Origin: a virus | Taxonomy: Duplodnaviria; Caudoviricetes | Reading direction: 5' to 3' (one strand) | DNA length: 61,384 nucleotides | Virus record (IMG/VR): IMGVR_UViG_3300037961_004286 | Span: 1 to 61,384 of that record | Shown here: positions 47,768 to 57,329 of the stretch, one piece after another | Layout: each line of letters opens with the position of its first letter | How positions within the stretch are numbered: the stretch's first letter is position 1 | Notes under the pieces: model-generated | Databases searched by the model: none | What the model saw: only the letters and a program-made list of their open reading frames with translations | Told to the model about the DNA's origin: nothing | Translations under genes and position numbers: made by a program

Positions 47768-47872
47768 AAAAAAATTCTAACTTGTTGTTTTATATGGAGA
47801 ACAAGAGCCCTTTTTTAGTTGCCTTTTTCTAGAAATGGGTATATAATATATGTATAGAATGAGAAATAAGGA
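47768..47872 (+). promoter_or_regulatory. Stem-loop plus sigma70 early promoter cassette, copy 3
   Basis: cttgtt...aacaag IR; gcccttttttagTTGCCT(47819)-17-TATAAT(47842); leader identical to copy 1. Confidence 0.85.
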
Positions 47873-47879
47873 GAAAGTA

Positions 47880-48128
47880 ATGTTGAAGTTGATGGAAGTT
47901 TCAGAAGGTTTTTATAAAGCTATTAATATCGTTTCAGATCATACAGCTTTTATAGATCGCGATATGCTAGGTGATTATCGTGGTACAGTTGAGACTCTTA
48001 CTTCTGAAGGTTATGTTGGTGTTGAGTCTGATGCTTATGAGACTATCGAAGAAGCTGCTCGCTGGATTGAGTGTCAGGGTATTGTCATGACTACTAACTT
48101 CGACGGTACTCCGAGGATTGTAGCTTAA
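47880..48128 (+). CDS. Hypothetical early protein
   Basis: AAGGAG RBS before 47880. Confidence 0.65.
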   Translation: MLKLMEVSEGFYKAINIVSDHTAFIDRDMLGDYRGTVETLTSEGYVGVESDAYETIEEAARWIECQGIVMTTNFDGTPRIVA

Positions 48129-48129
48129 A

Positions 48130-48372
48130 ATGAAGAATCCTATAGCAAAATATCTAATGTGTTCTTACGCATATTATGTTCAAGACGATCCTCTGATTAC
48201 AGATGCAGAGTTTGATGAGTTAGCTAAGGAGCTTCTTGCGAATTGGGATAGTATAGAGCACCCTCATAAGTGCTACATAACGAAAAATGATTTAGAAGCT
48301 GGTACTTTTCTAGGAAATTATCCTACTAGAGTAAAGGGTGCAGTAAAAAGTTATAGAAAGATGATGAAATGA
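48130..48372 (+). CDS. Stand-alone NAD-dependent ligase domain Ia-like protein
   Basis: YAYYVQDDPLITDAEFDEL matches the LigA YY..D.P...D.EYD.L motif. Confidence 0.7.
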   Translation: MKNPIAKYLMCSYAYYVQDDPLITDAEFDELAKELLANWDSIEHPHKCYITKNDLEAGTFLGNYPTRVKGAVKSYRKMMK

Positions 48373-48908
48373 TAGTATATTTAGATATGGATGGTGTAAT
48401 AGCCGATTTTTTCAAAGAATTTGCGAAAGCTTACAAAGTAGATCATTGGAAATCTATTACTGATAAGGAAAGAGCTCTTCTTAACCTTAAAAATACTGAC
48501 TGGTTTATGAGACTTCCTACTTTCGAAGAAGAATCTACTAACCTGTCTACTAAGATCGTCAAGTTTACTAAGAAAATGTCACGTAAATTTGGTCATGACT
48601 GGGGAATTTGCAGTTCTCCTCTCAGAGGTGACCATAATAACAGTGCTTTCTGGAAGAGATTATGGTTAGTGAAGCATGGTTACATGCCATCAGTGGAGAA
48701 TCTTGTTATTACTAGCAATAAACATAAGTATGCAGTCAATAAACTTGATGGTCGTCCTAATATTCTTATAGACGACAAACCAGAAAACGTAAAACGTTGG
48801 GAAAATGCAGGTGGAATTGGTATTAGATTTCAGACTGACAAAGATGACATTGAAGAGTACTTGTTTCCTAAGATTGAAGAGGCTTTAGAACAAATAAATA
48901 AGTTATGA
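48369..48908 (+). CDS. 5'(3')-deoxyribonucleotidase (HAD, NT5C-like)
   Basis: DMDGVIADF, K..W, ILIDD..N...W..AGG. Confidence 0.85.
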   Translation: MIVYLDMDGVIADFFKEFAKAYKVDHWKSITDKERALLNLKNTDWFMRLPTFEEESTNLSTKIVKFTKKMSRKFGHDWGICSSPLRGDHNNSAFWKRLWLVKHGYMPSVENLVITSNKHKYAVNKLDGRPNILIDDKPENVKRWENAGGIGIRFQTDKDDIEEYLFPKIEEALEQINKL

Positions 48909-50023
48909 TTAGCTTTAAATCTTTTAAGACCCTAGTTACCGAAGCAAGAAACATGTCAGCAGATCAAGCAAGGGCTATGATCCGTCAAGCTGTTGATAAT
49001 GCTGATGGTAGAACACTTATTAATCTTATGAGAGCAGTAGAAAGACCTATTCTTGAAGAGAAATCTAGAGAATTATTTCGTGCTCGTAAGTTAGATGCAT
49101 TTGGTAAAAGAAACTCATTACCTTTTGTAGAGTTTGTTAATAAAGTATCTTCTGCTAAAGGTGATACGGAAGAAAAACTTACTTTTATACAAAATTGTAT
49201 AGATGGTGTATACTTTGACGCTAATGGATTTACTAGAGCTAAGTCTGGTAACTTTTCTTCCTATGTCAAAGCTCCTGACTCAATTATGAAACAACTTTAC
49301 ACTTGGTTCTTAAACTGGAAACCACAGATTGATGCTAATGGTACTGTTGCTGTTGGTAGAATGGAAGCTGTTATGATTTTTCTTGCAGCAGATGGTGGTA
49401 AAGGTGGTGATGGCGAAACCTTTGGTGACGCTTTTGCTGGTGGTAACCTTATTGAGGTTAAAACTGGTGGTGGTCATATGGGTAAAGGTGGCAAAACTAT
49501 GTTTGGTACTAAGAAGACATGGTTTATTAATGAATGTAAAAAACAGATACCAGATTGGGCAGGTTCAAAGAGTGATAAAGAAATTCTTGCAGCATTTATG
49601 GGTGGAGCTGGTAAACCTAAGAATACAGTTATAGTAGAAATTAACGAAGCACTAAAAAAAGCAAGAAAAAAACCGTCTGATTTTTGGAAATCGTTTTTCA
49701 ATGAAGTTTATGGTCAAAGAATTAACGATCAAGGTATTTTAGATGATCCTAACCTCATAGATTTGCAAGCTTACGCAACTGGGTTAGGATTTATAGTTTA
49801 TAAACAGCAAACTAACTTCGATATGGTATCTGTTCTATCTACAACTAATGCAGGTGGGCAAAAATTTGGTGATTTTGTAAACTGGCACACACCTGATGAT
49901 TGTATTACTACTTTTAAGTCAAATTTATGGTCTATGGATTACTCTCTTAGCTGGGATGGCGGAGGAAGAGTAGATGGACTGTCACCTAGACTGTATACTG
50001 GTAAAAAAGGTTATACTTTGTAA
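48905..50023 (+). CDS. PD-(D/E)XK nuclease-like late protein with capsid-targeting-like N-terminus
   Basis: G..E, GD..AGGNLIEVK motif; MISFKSFKTLVTEA N-terminus; leaderless late promoter. Confidence 0.55.
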   Translation: MISFKSFKTLVTEARNMSADQARAMIRQAVDNADGRTLINLMRAVERPILEEKSRELFRARKLDAFGKRNSLPFVEFVNKVSSAKGDTEEKLTFIQNCIDGVYFDANGFTRAKSGNFSSYVKAPDSIMKQLYTWFLNWKPQIDANGTVAVGRMEAVMIFLAADGGKGGDGETFGDAFAGGNLIEVKTGGGHMGKGGKTMFGTKKTWFINECKKQIPDWAGSKSDKEILAAFMGGAGKPKNTVIVEINEALKKARKKPSDFWKSFFNEVYGQRINDQGILDDPNLIDLQAYATGLGFIVYKQQTNFDMVSVLSTTNAGGQKFGDFVNWHTPDDCITTFKSNLWSMDYSLSWDGGGRVDGLSPRLYTGKKGYTL

Positions 50024-50157
50024 TGAAAACTTTCAAAGAATATAAAGGCGAAGAAGATAAAGAAGAAAAAAAAGAAGAAGATACTATGCCATCAGAGTAT
50101 GAACCAACAGCACAAGATTTTTATGCAGAATATATCAAAAAAACTAATCAAAAATAA
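50023..50157 (+). CDS. 44-aa acidic peptide with MKTFKEY N-terminus (not in ORF track)
   Basis: TAATG coupling; T4 internal-protein-like targeting sequence. Confidence 0.55.
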   Translation: MKTFKEYKGEEDKEEKKEEDTMPSEYEPTAQDFYAEYIKKTNQK

Positions 50158-50195
50158 TATAATAGCTTAAATATTAACTTAACTATGGAAATGCG

Positions 50196-50402
50196 ATGTC
50201 TACCTATAAACAGATTACTGAACTTATTGAACTCGCCGTATTTCACTACCAGTCTAAAGATGTTAGTGAAGTAATTAATTTTATTCGCGCAAATAGCAAC
50301 TTACGTTCACTTGACGAGAAAGAAATTGAACGTTTGATTAACGTTATTTGTACTCCTTATAAAGATAACCCAGAAGATATTTTTATTCCTAAAAATGCGT
50401 AA
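50196..50402 (+). CDS. Hypothetical protein
   Basis: ORF after A-tract/TATAAT promoter at 50137-50163. Confidence 0.6.
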   Translation: MSTYKQITELIELAVFHYQSKDVSEVINFIRANSNLRSLDEKEIERLINVICTPYKDNPEDIFIPKNA

Positions 50403-51576
50403 ATTAAAAATAAAAAAATCGCCAGGACAAAAGCCTAAACTACCTAGAGGTGAATATGCTTTTGTCATTGGTAACGGAACGTCACGTAAAGATCTAAATA
50501 TTAAACAGCTTATGGATTACGGTCTGTTTTTTGCATGTAACTGGTTCTTTAGAGAAGAATTTAGACCGCATGTATTAGTAGCTTCAGATGAACCTATGTC
50601 TAAGTCTATCTTAAAAAACTATGCTGCATACTCTAGAGGTAACTGGTTTTATACTTGGTATCCTAAACCAGGATCGGGAGCTAAAAAAGCAACTACTCCT
50701 GAAAAGTTTGCAGCAGGTCCTATGGCAGCTCATATTGCTGCTTATCAATATGAATGTCCTAAAGTATTTCTTATTGGTATGGATTTCTTTGGTTTTGGCT
50801 CTAAAAATAAAAATAGTAATGGTGTAATGAATAATCTATATGAAGGTATGAAGCATTACGCAAAAAAACCAGAAGATGAAAATGCTAAAAATGGTGCACC
50901 TACATATAGAAACTGGCAAAGAAGATATCAATGGATTATTAAACGTTTTCCAGATACACATTTTTATCATGTTAATCCTTTTGATGGTAAGTCTCCTGAA
51001 CGGTTAAAAGGTTTTGATAACTTTCATCAGATTACTTTTGATAATCTTATAGATCATCTTAAAAATGATTCTCCGTTAGTAGATATATTAGAAGTGACAG
51101 AAGAAGATAAAAAACTAGCTACAGAAGTCAATACTGATAATATACTAGCTTGTTTAGAACGTCAACTTGCAGGTCAAGAAAATTGTATCTATCCTGACTT
51201 GTTAGACCCTCAAGAGGTTCTTAATATTAAAGTAAACGTTAATAAAGAGTATGATAAACTTATTAAGAAACATGGTAACGTAGAAGGTCATGAGCTAGGT
51301 ATACAAATTGGAGATTATGATGTAAAAGTACCTCCTATGTTAGTAAAAGAAGGTAATTTACTTAGAGTTGCTACTGTCAAAGAGTGTGAGAACAACTTTA
51401 ATAATGAACATCAGATGAGAGTTAAACTTGCTATGGAATCAGAAGTAATGGAATCTAAGTTTAATGTAGACATTACACCTAAGCCAGCAGAAAAGAAAGC
51501 AGACGTGGGATTACCTCCTCCACCACCTCCTCCGGTAATGGACTTGCCCCCGCCGCCGCCTCCACCTGCTGTATAA
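50395..51576 (+). CDS. Maf/DUF115/CstII-like glycosyltransferase with poly-Pro tail
   Basis: FVIGNGTSR, FACN, P.VLVA.D, VFLIGMDF motifs. Confidence 0.65.
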   Translation: MRKLKIKKSPGQKPKLPRGEYAFVIGNGTSRKDLNIKQLMDYGLFFACNWFFREEFRPHVLVASDEPMSKSILKNYAAYSRGNWFYTWYPKPGSGAKKATTPEKFAAGPMAAHIAAYQYECPKVFLIGMDFFGFGSKNKNSNGVMNNLYEGMKHYAKKPEDENAKNGAPTYRNWQRRYQWIIKRFPDTHFYHVNPFDGKSPERLKGFDNFHQITFDNLIDHLKNDSPLVDILEVTEEDKKLATEVNTDNILACLERQLAGQENCIYPDLLDPQEVLNIKVNVNKEYDKLIKKHGNVEGHELGIQIGDYDVKVPPMLVKEGNLLRVATVKECENNFNNEHQMRVKLAMESEVMESKFNVDITPKPAEKKADVGLPPPPPPPVMDLPPPPPPPAV

Positions 51577-51583
51577 ATAAGGT

Positions 51584-52501
51584 ATGATTTTAAGTTTACT
51601 TGTTTTAACTACAGCTTTAGCAATTTCTGTTATTGCTGCGTATTATTCAATTATAGGTTTAGCAGCTATCTTTGCTGCAGCTGCAATACCTGTTATTATT
51701 ATGGGATCAATTTTAGAGGTTGGTAAACTTGTTACAGTTACGTATTTGCACAGGCAATGGAAAGAATGTCCTTTTATTCTTAAGTCTTATCTTTGTGGCG
51801 CTGTCCTTGTCCTCATGTTTATCACTTCAATGGGAATCTTCGGGTTCCTCTCACGTGCCCATATTGAACAAACTACCATATCCGGTGATAACAGTCTCAG
51901 AATCGAAAGACTTGAAAGTTCGATCGAAAGAGAGCGAAGAACGATTAAAGATGCTGACGGAGTACTCTTCCAACTTGACGAAGCTATCAACGTGCTCATT
52001 GAGTACGACAGAATACGGGGCGACTCTGGTGCTATTGCAACTAGAGAGCGTCAGAAACCCGAAAGACAAGATTTATCAAAAGTTATTGCAGGCGCTGAAG
52101 CTAGAATATCAGAGTTGCAAGATGAACTCATAGTATTAGAAAAAGAACAGATTAAATTAGAAGCTGAAGTTGGTCCTATCAAATATATTGCTGAATTTGT
52201 TTATGGTGAAAAAGCTGATAGGACATTATTAGAAGAAGCAGTAAGATGGGTTATAGTTATTATAGTAGTTGTATTCGATCCTCTCGCTGTTGCATTATTA
52301 GTAGCTTGGAATGATTTACAAATGAGAGTAACTCCGGTTCCACCAATAATTAGAACACCTAACCCTCCACCTAGACCCAAACCTAAACCAAAACCAGATA
52401 TTCCTGATAGAGCCGAGCAGGATCAAATGGCAAAAAAAGGTTATGTTTGGGATGCTGAAACTCTTAGTTATAAGAGAATTAAGGCCGGCGCAACCTCTTA
52501 A
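51584..52501 (+). CDS. Membrane protein with coiled coil and Pro-rich tail
   Basis: AAYYSIIGL, LEVGKLV, ITSMGIFGFLS, VGPIKY, FDPLA. Confidence 0.75.
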   Translation: MILSLLVLTTALAISVIAAYYSIIGLAAIFAAAAIPVIIMGSILEVGKLVTVTYLHRQWKECPFILKSYLCGAVLVLMFITSMGIFGFLSRAHIEQTTISGDNSLRIERLESSIERERRTIKDADGVLFQLDEAINVLIEYDRIRGDSGAIATRERQKPERQDLSKVIAGAEARISELQDELIVLEKEQIKLEAEVGPIKYIAEFVYGEKADRTLLEEAVRWVIVIIVVVFDPLAVALLVAWNDLQMRVTPVPPIIRTPNPPPRPKPKPKPDIPDRAEQDQMAKKGYVWDAETLSYKRIKAGATS

Positions 52502-52596
52502 ATCAATAAATATTATAGCAACGGGGCAACCCACAAAAACCGCGACGAGAGCAATCTCCCCCTATATTACCATCTAAAAAGAAAAGAGGTAATCAG

Positions 52597-53076
52597 ATGG
52601 CAGTGGCAGAAATTCTTGCGGGTATCGCGTTAGTTAAATCTAGCGTTGAGTTTATTAAGAGTAATATTAACACAGCTAAAGACATTGGTGAAATAGCCGG
52701 TGCTATTGATGGCTTATTTACTGGTACTGAAGAATGTAATAAAGCACGTAATAAAAAATCAGGAATAGGTATGGGTGATCAGTTTGGTATTAAGAGTGTA
52801 GCTCAAGAAGTCATAGATGCAAAACTTGCAGAAGAAAAAATGAATGAAATGAGAAACATGATTGATATGAGATTTGGTCCTGGAACTTGGCAGTCAATAG
52901 TTGATGAAAGAGCAAAAAGAATACAAGAAGCAAAAGAAAAAGCAAGAGCAGAACGAGCGCAAAAATTAAAAGAACAAGAAGAATTTTGGGAACAAATGAA
53001 GATGGTTGCTATAATAGGAGGAGTAAGCATCTTTATGATTTTTGCATTTATTTGGATATTCACTTCAGGTCTATGA
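52597..53076 (+). CDS. Conserved hypothetical protein with C-terminal TM
   Basis: GAGG RBS; RFGPGTW motif. Confidence 0.7.
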   Translation: MAVAEILAGIALVKSSVEFIKSNINTAKDIGEIAGAIDGLFTGTEECNKARNKKSGIGMGDQFGIKSVAQEVIDAKLAEEKMNEMRNMIDMRFGPGTWQSIVDERAKRIQEAKEKARAERAQKLKEQEEFWEQMKMVAIIGGVSIFMIFAFIWIFTSGL

Positions 53077-53389
53077 TTATATTATTTTTTATTACTATGA
53101 TATATCTTATAAGTGTACTTGTTTACGGTTTATATGCTTTATGGCATATAGAAGAAGGCTGGTATATTCCTTACAAAGAAACTGAATTAGACAGAAAAAT
53201 TAGAAATATTAAAAGTAGATATGCATTATGCTTTTCGCGATTATCATAACAGTTGGAGCAACAGTGTATAATTTCGATCACCTTGAATACAAGGATATTG
53301 AAACTTGCGAATATCATAGAGAAAAAATATATGAAACTTTTATGGACATTTCTCGTAAAAATTTTAAGGTAGAGTGCTATAATAAATAA
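53073..53389 (+). CDS. Two small membrane/exported ORFs (53073-53249, 53228-53389)
   Basis: Overlapping short ORFs with hydrophobic N-termini. Confidence 0.5.
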
Positions 53390-53392
53390 TTC

Positions 53393-55090
53393 ATGGCGCT
53401 TACTAAAACTAGAAAAATTGGTAAATTACTTAATAATAACTTTCAGGTAGATGTATTAGATTCTGAAAGAATTAATGTATCGATCAATAAAGGATCAAAC
53501 ATTTCAGGTGATCTAATTATAGTAGACACCTCTGATGACTTACCGGGTAATTCTTCTACAGGTAGAAAAGCTTACGTATTAAGTACAAAAACTTTATATA
53601 TTTTTAATGGTTCCGGTTGGTTTAAAATAGCGTCGGTTAATAATTTTAACCCTCAATGGATTATACCACCAGATTCTGATTACAGTCTTGAACTTATTTC
53701 TATAGACTCAGATGTAAAAATTACTCTTTACGCAACAGATAGTGATCAAGTTCCTATTACTTATACTGCTACTGTAGATTCTGATTTTAATGTTGCAGCT
53801 ACTATTACTCATGACTCAGATAAAGACCCGGTGTGGATAGTTAGAAGACGGGATAGTGAATCGGGTGCAGGTACTACAGGTGATGTTACTTTTAAAGCTT
53901 CCGATGGAGTTAATGTTGTATCCTTTGTTAGTACTTTTACTGTAGCTTCCAATGCAGCTCCTTTTAGTGGTATTAATGGTACCAATTATGGAATTTTTGG
54001 ACGTAACACAGGTGCCGGTGCTTCAAGACAAACAGGTTCAAATCCATATGGAGCTAGTGATGGTTTAGCTATTCAAAGAACTCCTTTTGCTACTGACTCT
54101 CCATTTACTGCTTTTGCATCTCCATATAATTATAGACATCAATCTACAGGTGGCGCTGCTTCCAGTACTCATGGTTACATTAATACAGGGTATGGTACAC
54201 CTAGCATTCCAGGTTCACCAACTCCTTACTATCCGCAAGGTGCATTGGGTGAAAAGTTTCCATTAGCTAGTGGTGGTGATACTTCAACTGTAAATACAAT
54301 GGATTTTAGTTCATATCCTAAAGCCCTGTTTGGTCAAGGTAATGCTACTGTTACTCATGATGATGGTTATTTTATAGTTGGAGGTGGTAATGGTTTTCCT
54401 ACTTATGGAGCACCCGATTCTACATCACATGTTAAAAATATGTCTAAAGTAACATATGCTAATGATACTATTTCTTTTGATGTAGCTACTTTAGACAAAA
54501 ATAGAGATTCTATTTACGGTGGAGGTGGACAATCTGAAACAACTGGTTATGTAGTTGGAGGTAGACAACCTACTCATGTCTCATTAGACGACTCAGTAAA
54601 ATTTCCAAAAGCAGCATCATATCCTATGACAACTCAAACATCTTTTCCAGGTACACGTAATGCAGAAGGTAGTATGTCTTTCTCTGCTCCAGATCATATG
54701 TTAAATATGGGAAGCTCAACAGCAGGAGCAGCATATGTAATCTATAAAATGCCTTTCTCTACTGAAAGTTGGTCTACTACAGGTTGGTCTCTCGATAACT
54801 CAGCTACTCAACCTTGGATCACCGCACCATTACAAGGACTTGCAAGTTATATAGGAGATGGTACAGCATATAAAATGGGTGTCTATTCTGATACAAAAGG
54901 ATATAAAATTGGTGGTGCTCCTTTTGATAATAGAACAACAACAACAGTTATACCTTATTCGTCATTAAACCCATCATCTGGCACTGTCACAGCCGGTACT
55001 GACTCTGGAGTAATGTTTCAAGGAGTTGCAGGAGACCCTGCGGGTGGTTATAGCGGCTTTCAAAGTAGCGTATTTGGTATGCAACATTAA
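53393..55090 (+). CDS. Tail fibre/adhesin-like protein, paralogue 1 (Ig/cadherin-like module plus beta-propeller-like head)
   Basis: Shared N-module LYIFNGSGW, P.W, VTFKASDGVN; G/S/T-rich GY..GG repeats. Confidence 0.7.
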   Translation: MALTKTRKIGKLLNNNFQVDVLDSERINVSINKGSNISGDLIIVDTSDDLPGNSSTGRKAYVLSTKTLYIFNGSGWFKIASVNNFNPQWIIPPDSDYSLELISIDSDVKITLYATDSDQVPITYTATVDSDFNVAATITHDSDKDPVWIVRRRDSESGAGTTGDVTFKASDGVNVVSFVSTFTVASNAAPFSGINGTNYGIFGRNTGAGASRQTGSNPYGASDGLAIQRTPFATDSPFTAFASPYNYRHQSTGGAASSTHGYINTGYGTPSIPGSPTPYYPQGALGEKFPLASGGDTSTVNTMDFSSYPKALFGQGNATVTHDDGYFIVGGGNGFPTYGAPDSTSHVKNMSKVTYANDTISFDVATLDKNRDSIYGGGGQSETTGYVVGGRQPTHVSLDDSVKFPKAASYPMTTQTSFPGTRNAEGSMSFSAPDHMLNMGSSTAGAAYVIYKMPFSTESWSTTGWSLDNSATQPWITAPLQGLASYIGDGTAYKMGVYSDTKGYKIGGAPFDNRTTTTVIPYSSLNPSSGTVTAGTDSGVMFQGVAGDPAGGYSGFQSSVFGMQH

Positions 55091-55140
55091 CTAAAAAATA
55101 CTTATAAATATATTATTACATTATTTTGGAGCGATAAAAA

Positions 55141-56364
55141 ATGAATTTACCTACCCCTAAAGAAGTTTTTGCTAAAAACAAGATGATTTATCTTTCACAA
55201 GCTATCAATAAAGATACTTGTAGACAGTTAACTGAAAGAATGTTCTCTCTTAAAAAAGAAGGTAAACTTGTTCAAGATGAACAATGTCCTCTTTCCTGGT
55301 CAGTTTATGGTGACGAGGTTTTTGATAAAATTTTAGCTGACATGGCACCACATCTGTCTGAACAATTAGATATTGAATTGTTACCAGCTTATACCTATGC
55401 TAGAATATATCAAAATGGGGAAGAGTTAAAAAGACATAAAGACAGACCTGCTTGCGAAATATCAGGAACTATTACTTTAGGTTATGATGAGGATAGTATG
55501 TTATGGCCTATCTTTATGGGTAAAGATGATGATCCGGTAGGAGAAGCTGTTTTAATTGAAGTAGGTGATCTATTAATGTATAGAGGTACAGAAATGGATC
55601 ATTGGAGACCTCCTTACAAAGGTAAATGGCAAGTTCAATTATTTTTTCATTATGTTGATAAAAATGGACCTCACGCTGAATGGGCTAGAGATAAAAGAAA
55701 TGAATTTTTCAAAGGTACAGATGATCGCTTAGGGTATGAAGTTAATTACAATGGTGTAATGCTTAAGACGACAGATTTTGATTTTCCTGGAGTAAGTTGT
55801 TTTCATAGCAATTTCAATCCCGAGTATACATTCTCAAAAGAAGAATGTGAAAAAATAATTTCTTTAGCAGATCAAATGTATGGTGACAAAGCTAAAATAG
55901 GTGATAAAGGAGGTTCAGGAGTTTACAATCCTAATATTAGAGCAGTAGATAATTATAATATAGAATTAAATGATAAAAATAGATGGATTTTTGATAAAGT
56001 TATTAGAGCGGTTGGTAAAGCCAATTCAGAATATTATAAATTTAATTTAATGGGTATAAATCATTCTATTCAATTACTGCATTATAAATCTTCTGAAAAA
56101 GGTCATTACGATTGGCACATGGATACAGGTTCAGGATCAAACTGTACAAGAAAAATATCTATATCTATACCATTAACAGATAGAAATTCTTATGAAGGTG
56201 GTGACTTAGAAATTAATGATGTTGTAGGAACAATTAAAGCTATTGATGAGCAAGGTTCAATTTCTTTCTTTCCTAGTTTTTTGTCACATAGAGTTTCACC
56301 TGTTACAAAAGGTGAAAGATGGGTTATGGTTATTTGGGTAAACGGTTCGGATAGATTCAAATAA
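55141..56364 (+). CDS. Tandem double 2OG-Fe(II) oxygenase
   Basis: Domain 1 HKDRPACE...HWR...FFHY; domain 2 WHMD...GG.L...HRV.PV..GER. Confidence 0.85.
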   Translation: MNLPTPKEVFAKNKMIYLSQAINKDTCRQLTERMFSLKKEGKLVQDEQCPLSWSVYGDEVFDKILADMAPHLSEQLDIELLPAYTYARIYQNGEELKRHKDRPACEISGTITLGYDEDSMLWPIFMGKDDDPVGEAVLIEVGDLLMYRGTEMDHWRPPYKGKWQVQLFFHYVDKNGPHAEWARDKRNEFFKGTDDRLGYEVNYNGVMLKTTDFDFPGVSCFHSNFNPEYTFSKEECEKIISLADQMYGDKAKIGDKGGSGVYNPNIRAVDNYNIELNDKNRWIFDKVIRAVGKANSEYYKFNLMGINHSIQLLHYKSSEKGHYDWHMDTGSGSNCTRKISISIPLTDRNSYEGGDLEINDVVGTIKAIDEQGSISFFPSFLSHRVSPVTKGERWVMVIWVNGSDRFK

Positions 56365-57326
56365 TGGCAAGAAATAAAAAAACAAAAACAGATATAGCTG
56401 TTGTAAATCATATTAAAAATGAATTAGATGTACAAAAAAATTTAGAACACTTTAAGGTTACTCTTACAGATGTTTTTAGTAATACAAGTATAGCTGATTA
56501 TTCAAGCTTTAATAATAGTACTATAAAAGATAATATTGAAAAGGTAGATAATGCATTAACAAAAACACAAGAGTTAAATTCTATATGGGATAGAGCACAT
56601 ACTCAATGGACTTGGAAACATTTAAACTTAAGTTTTCATGACCCAATGAGAAACGTCAAACAAGTTTTAGCAGAAATTAACAATAAGAAAACAGCTCTGA
56701 ATGAAATGAAATGGCGTTTTGTTCAAATAGAACTTTCATTTGCTGAAATAAACGATAAATTATCTAAACCAGAATTGTTAAAAGATAAATGGGAAGAAAT
56801 TAGACTTAATATTGAGCTAGCTCAATTAAAAGAAAGTCTGACTAATCATATCGTACTTATTGATGGAGCTATGAAAGATATACTTTCTCTTACTGATTTA
56901 TATGAACAACTTAAAAGTAAAGTAAACAATTTTAATGAAGATGATGTAGAAGAAAATGAAACTTTAAGCCATTTAAGAAGAAGTTTAGTTCAATGTATAA
57001 GAGATGTTAGAGAAAGAGGATCTATTACTAAAGGCGAACAAGAATACATGGAACAAATAGGTGTTAATCCTATGAAAATTCAAAAAGATATTCGTAATTA
57101 TGTTATGCAAGAAGAAAATAGTGACGATTATAGTACTAACGGTTTATTTAATTTTGTAGAAGATACTGTTAATAAACTTAAACATGTTTATAAAGTTGAT
57201 GAAAAAAGAATGGATATGATTGGTTTAAGCAATAATCATAACCCAGAATATTCTAATAAAAGAAAAGTAGCTATTACCGAAACAAAAAATACATTACCAA
57301 AATTTAAATTCACTCACAATAAATAA
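56364..57326 (+). CDS. Coiled-coil protein associated with adhesin genes
   Basis: TAATG-coupled; HTQWTW, GEQEY.EQ.G.NP. Confidence 0.65.
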   Translation: MARNKKTKTDIAVVNHIKNELDVQKNLEHFKVTLTDVFSNTSIADYSSFNNSTIKDNIEKVDNALTKTQELNSIWDRAHTQWTWKHLNLSFHDPMRNVKQVLAEINNKKTALNEMKWRFVQIELSFAEINDKLSKPELLKDKWEEIRLNIELAQLKESLTNHIVLIDGAMKDILSLTDLYEQLKSKVNNFNEDDVEENETLSHLRRSLVQCIRDVRERGSITKGEQEYMEQIGVNPMKIQKDIRNYVMQEENSDDYSTNGLFNFVEDTVNKLKHVYKVDEKRMDMIGLSNNHNPEYSNKRKVAITETKNTLPKFKFTHNK

Positions 57327-57329
57327 TGT

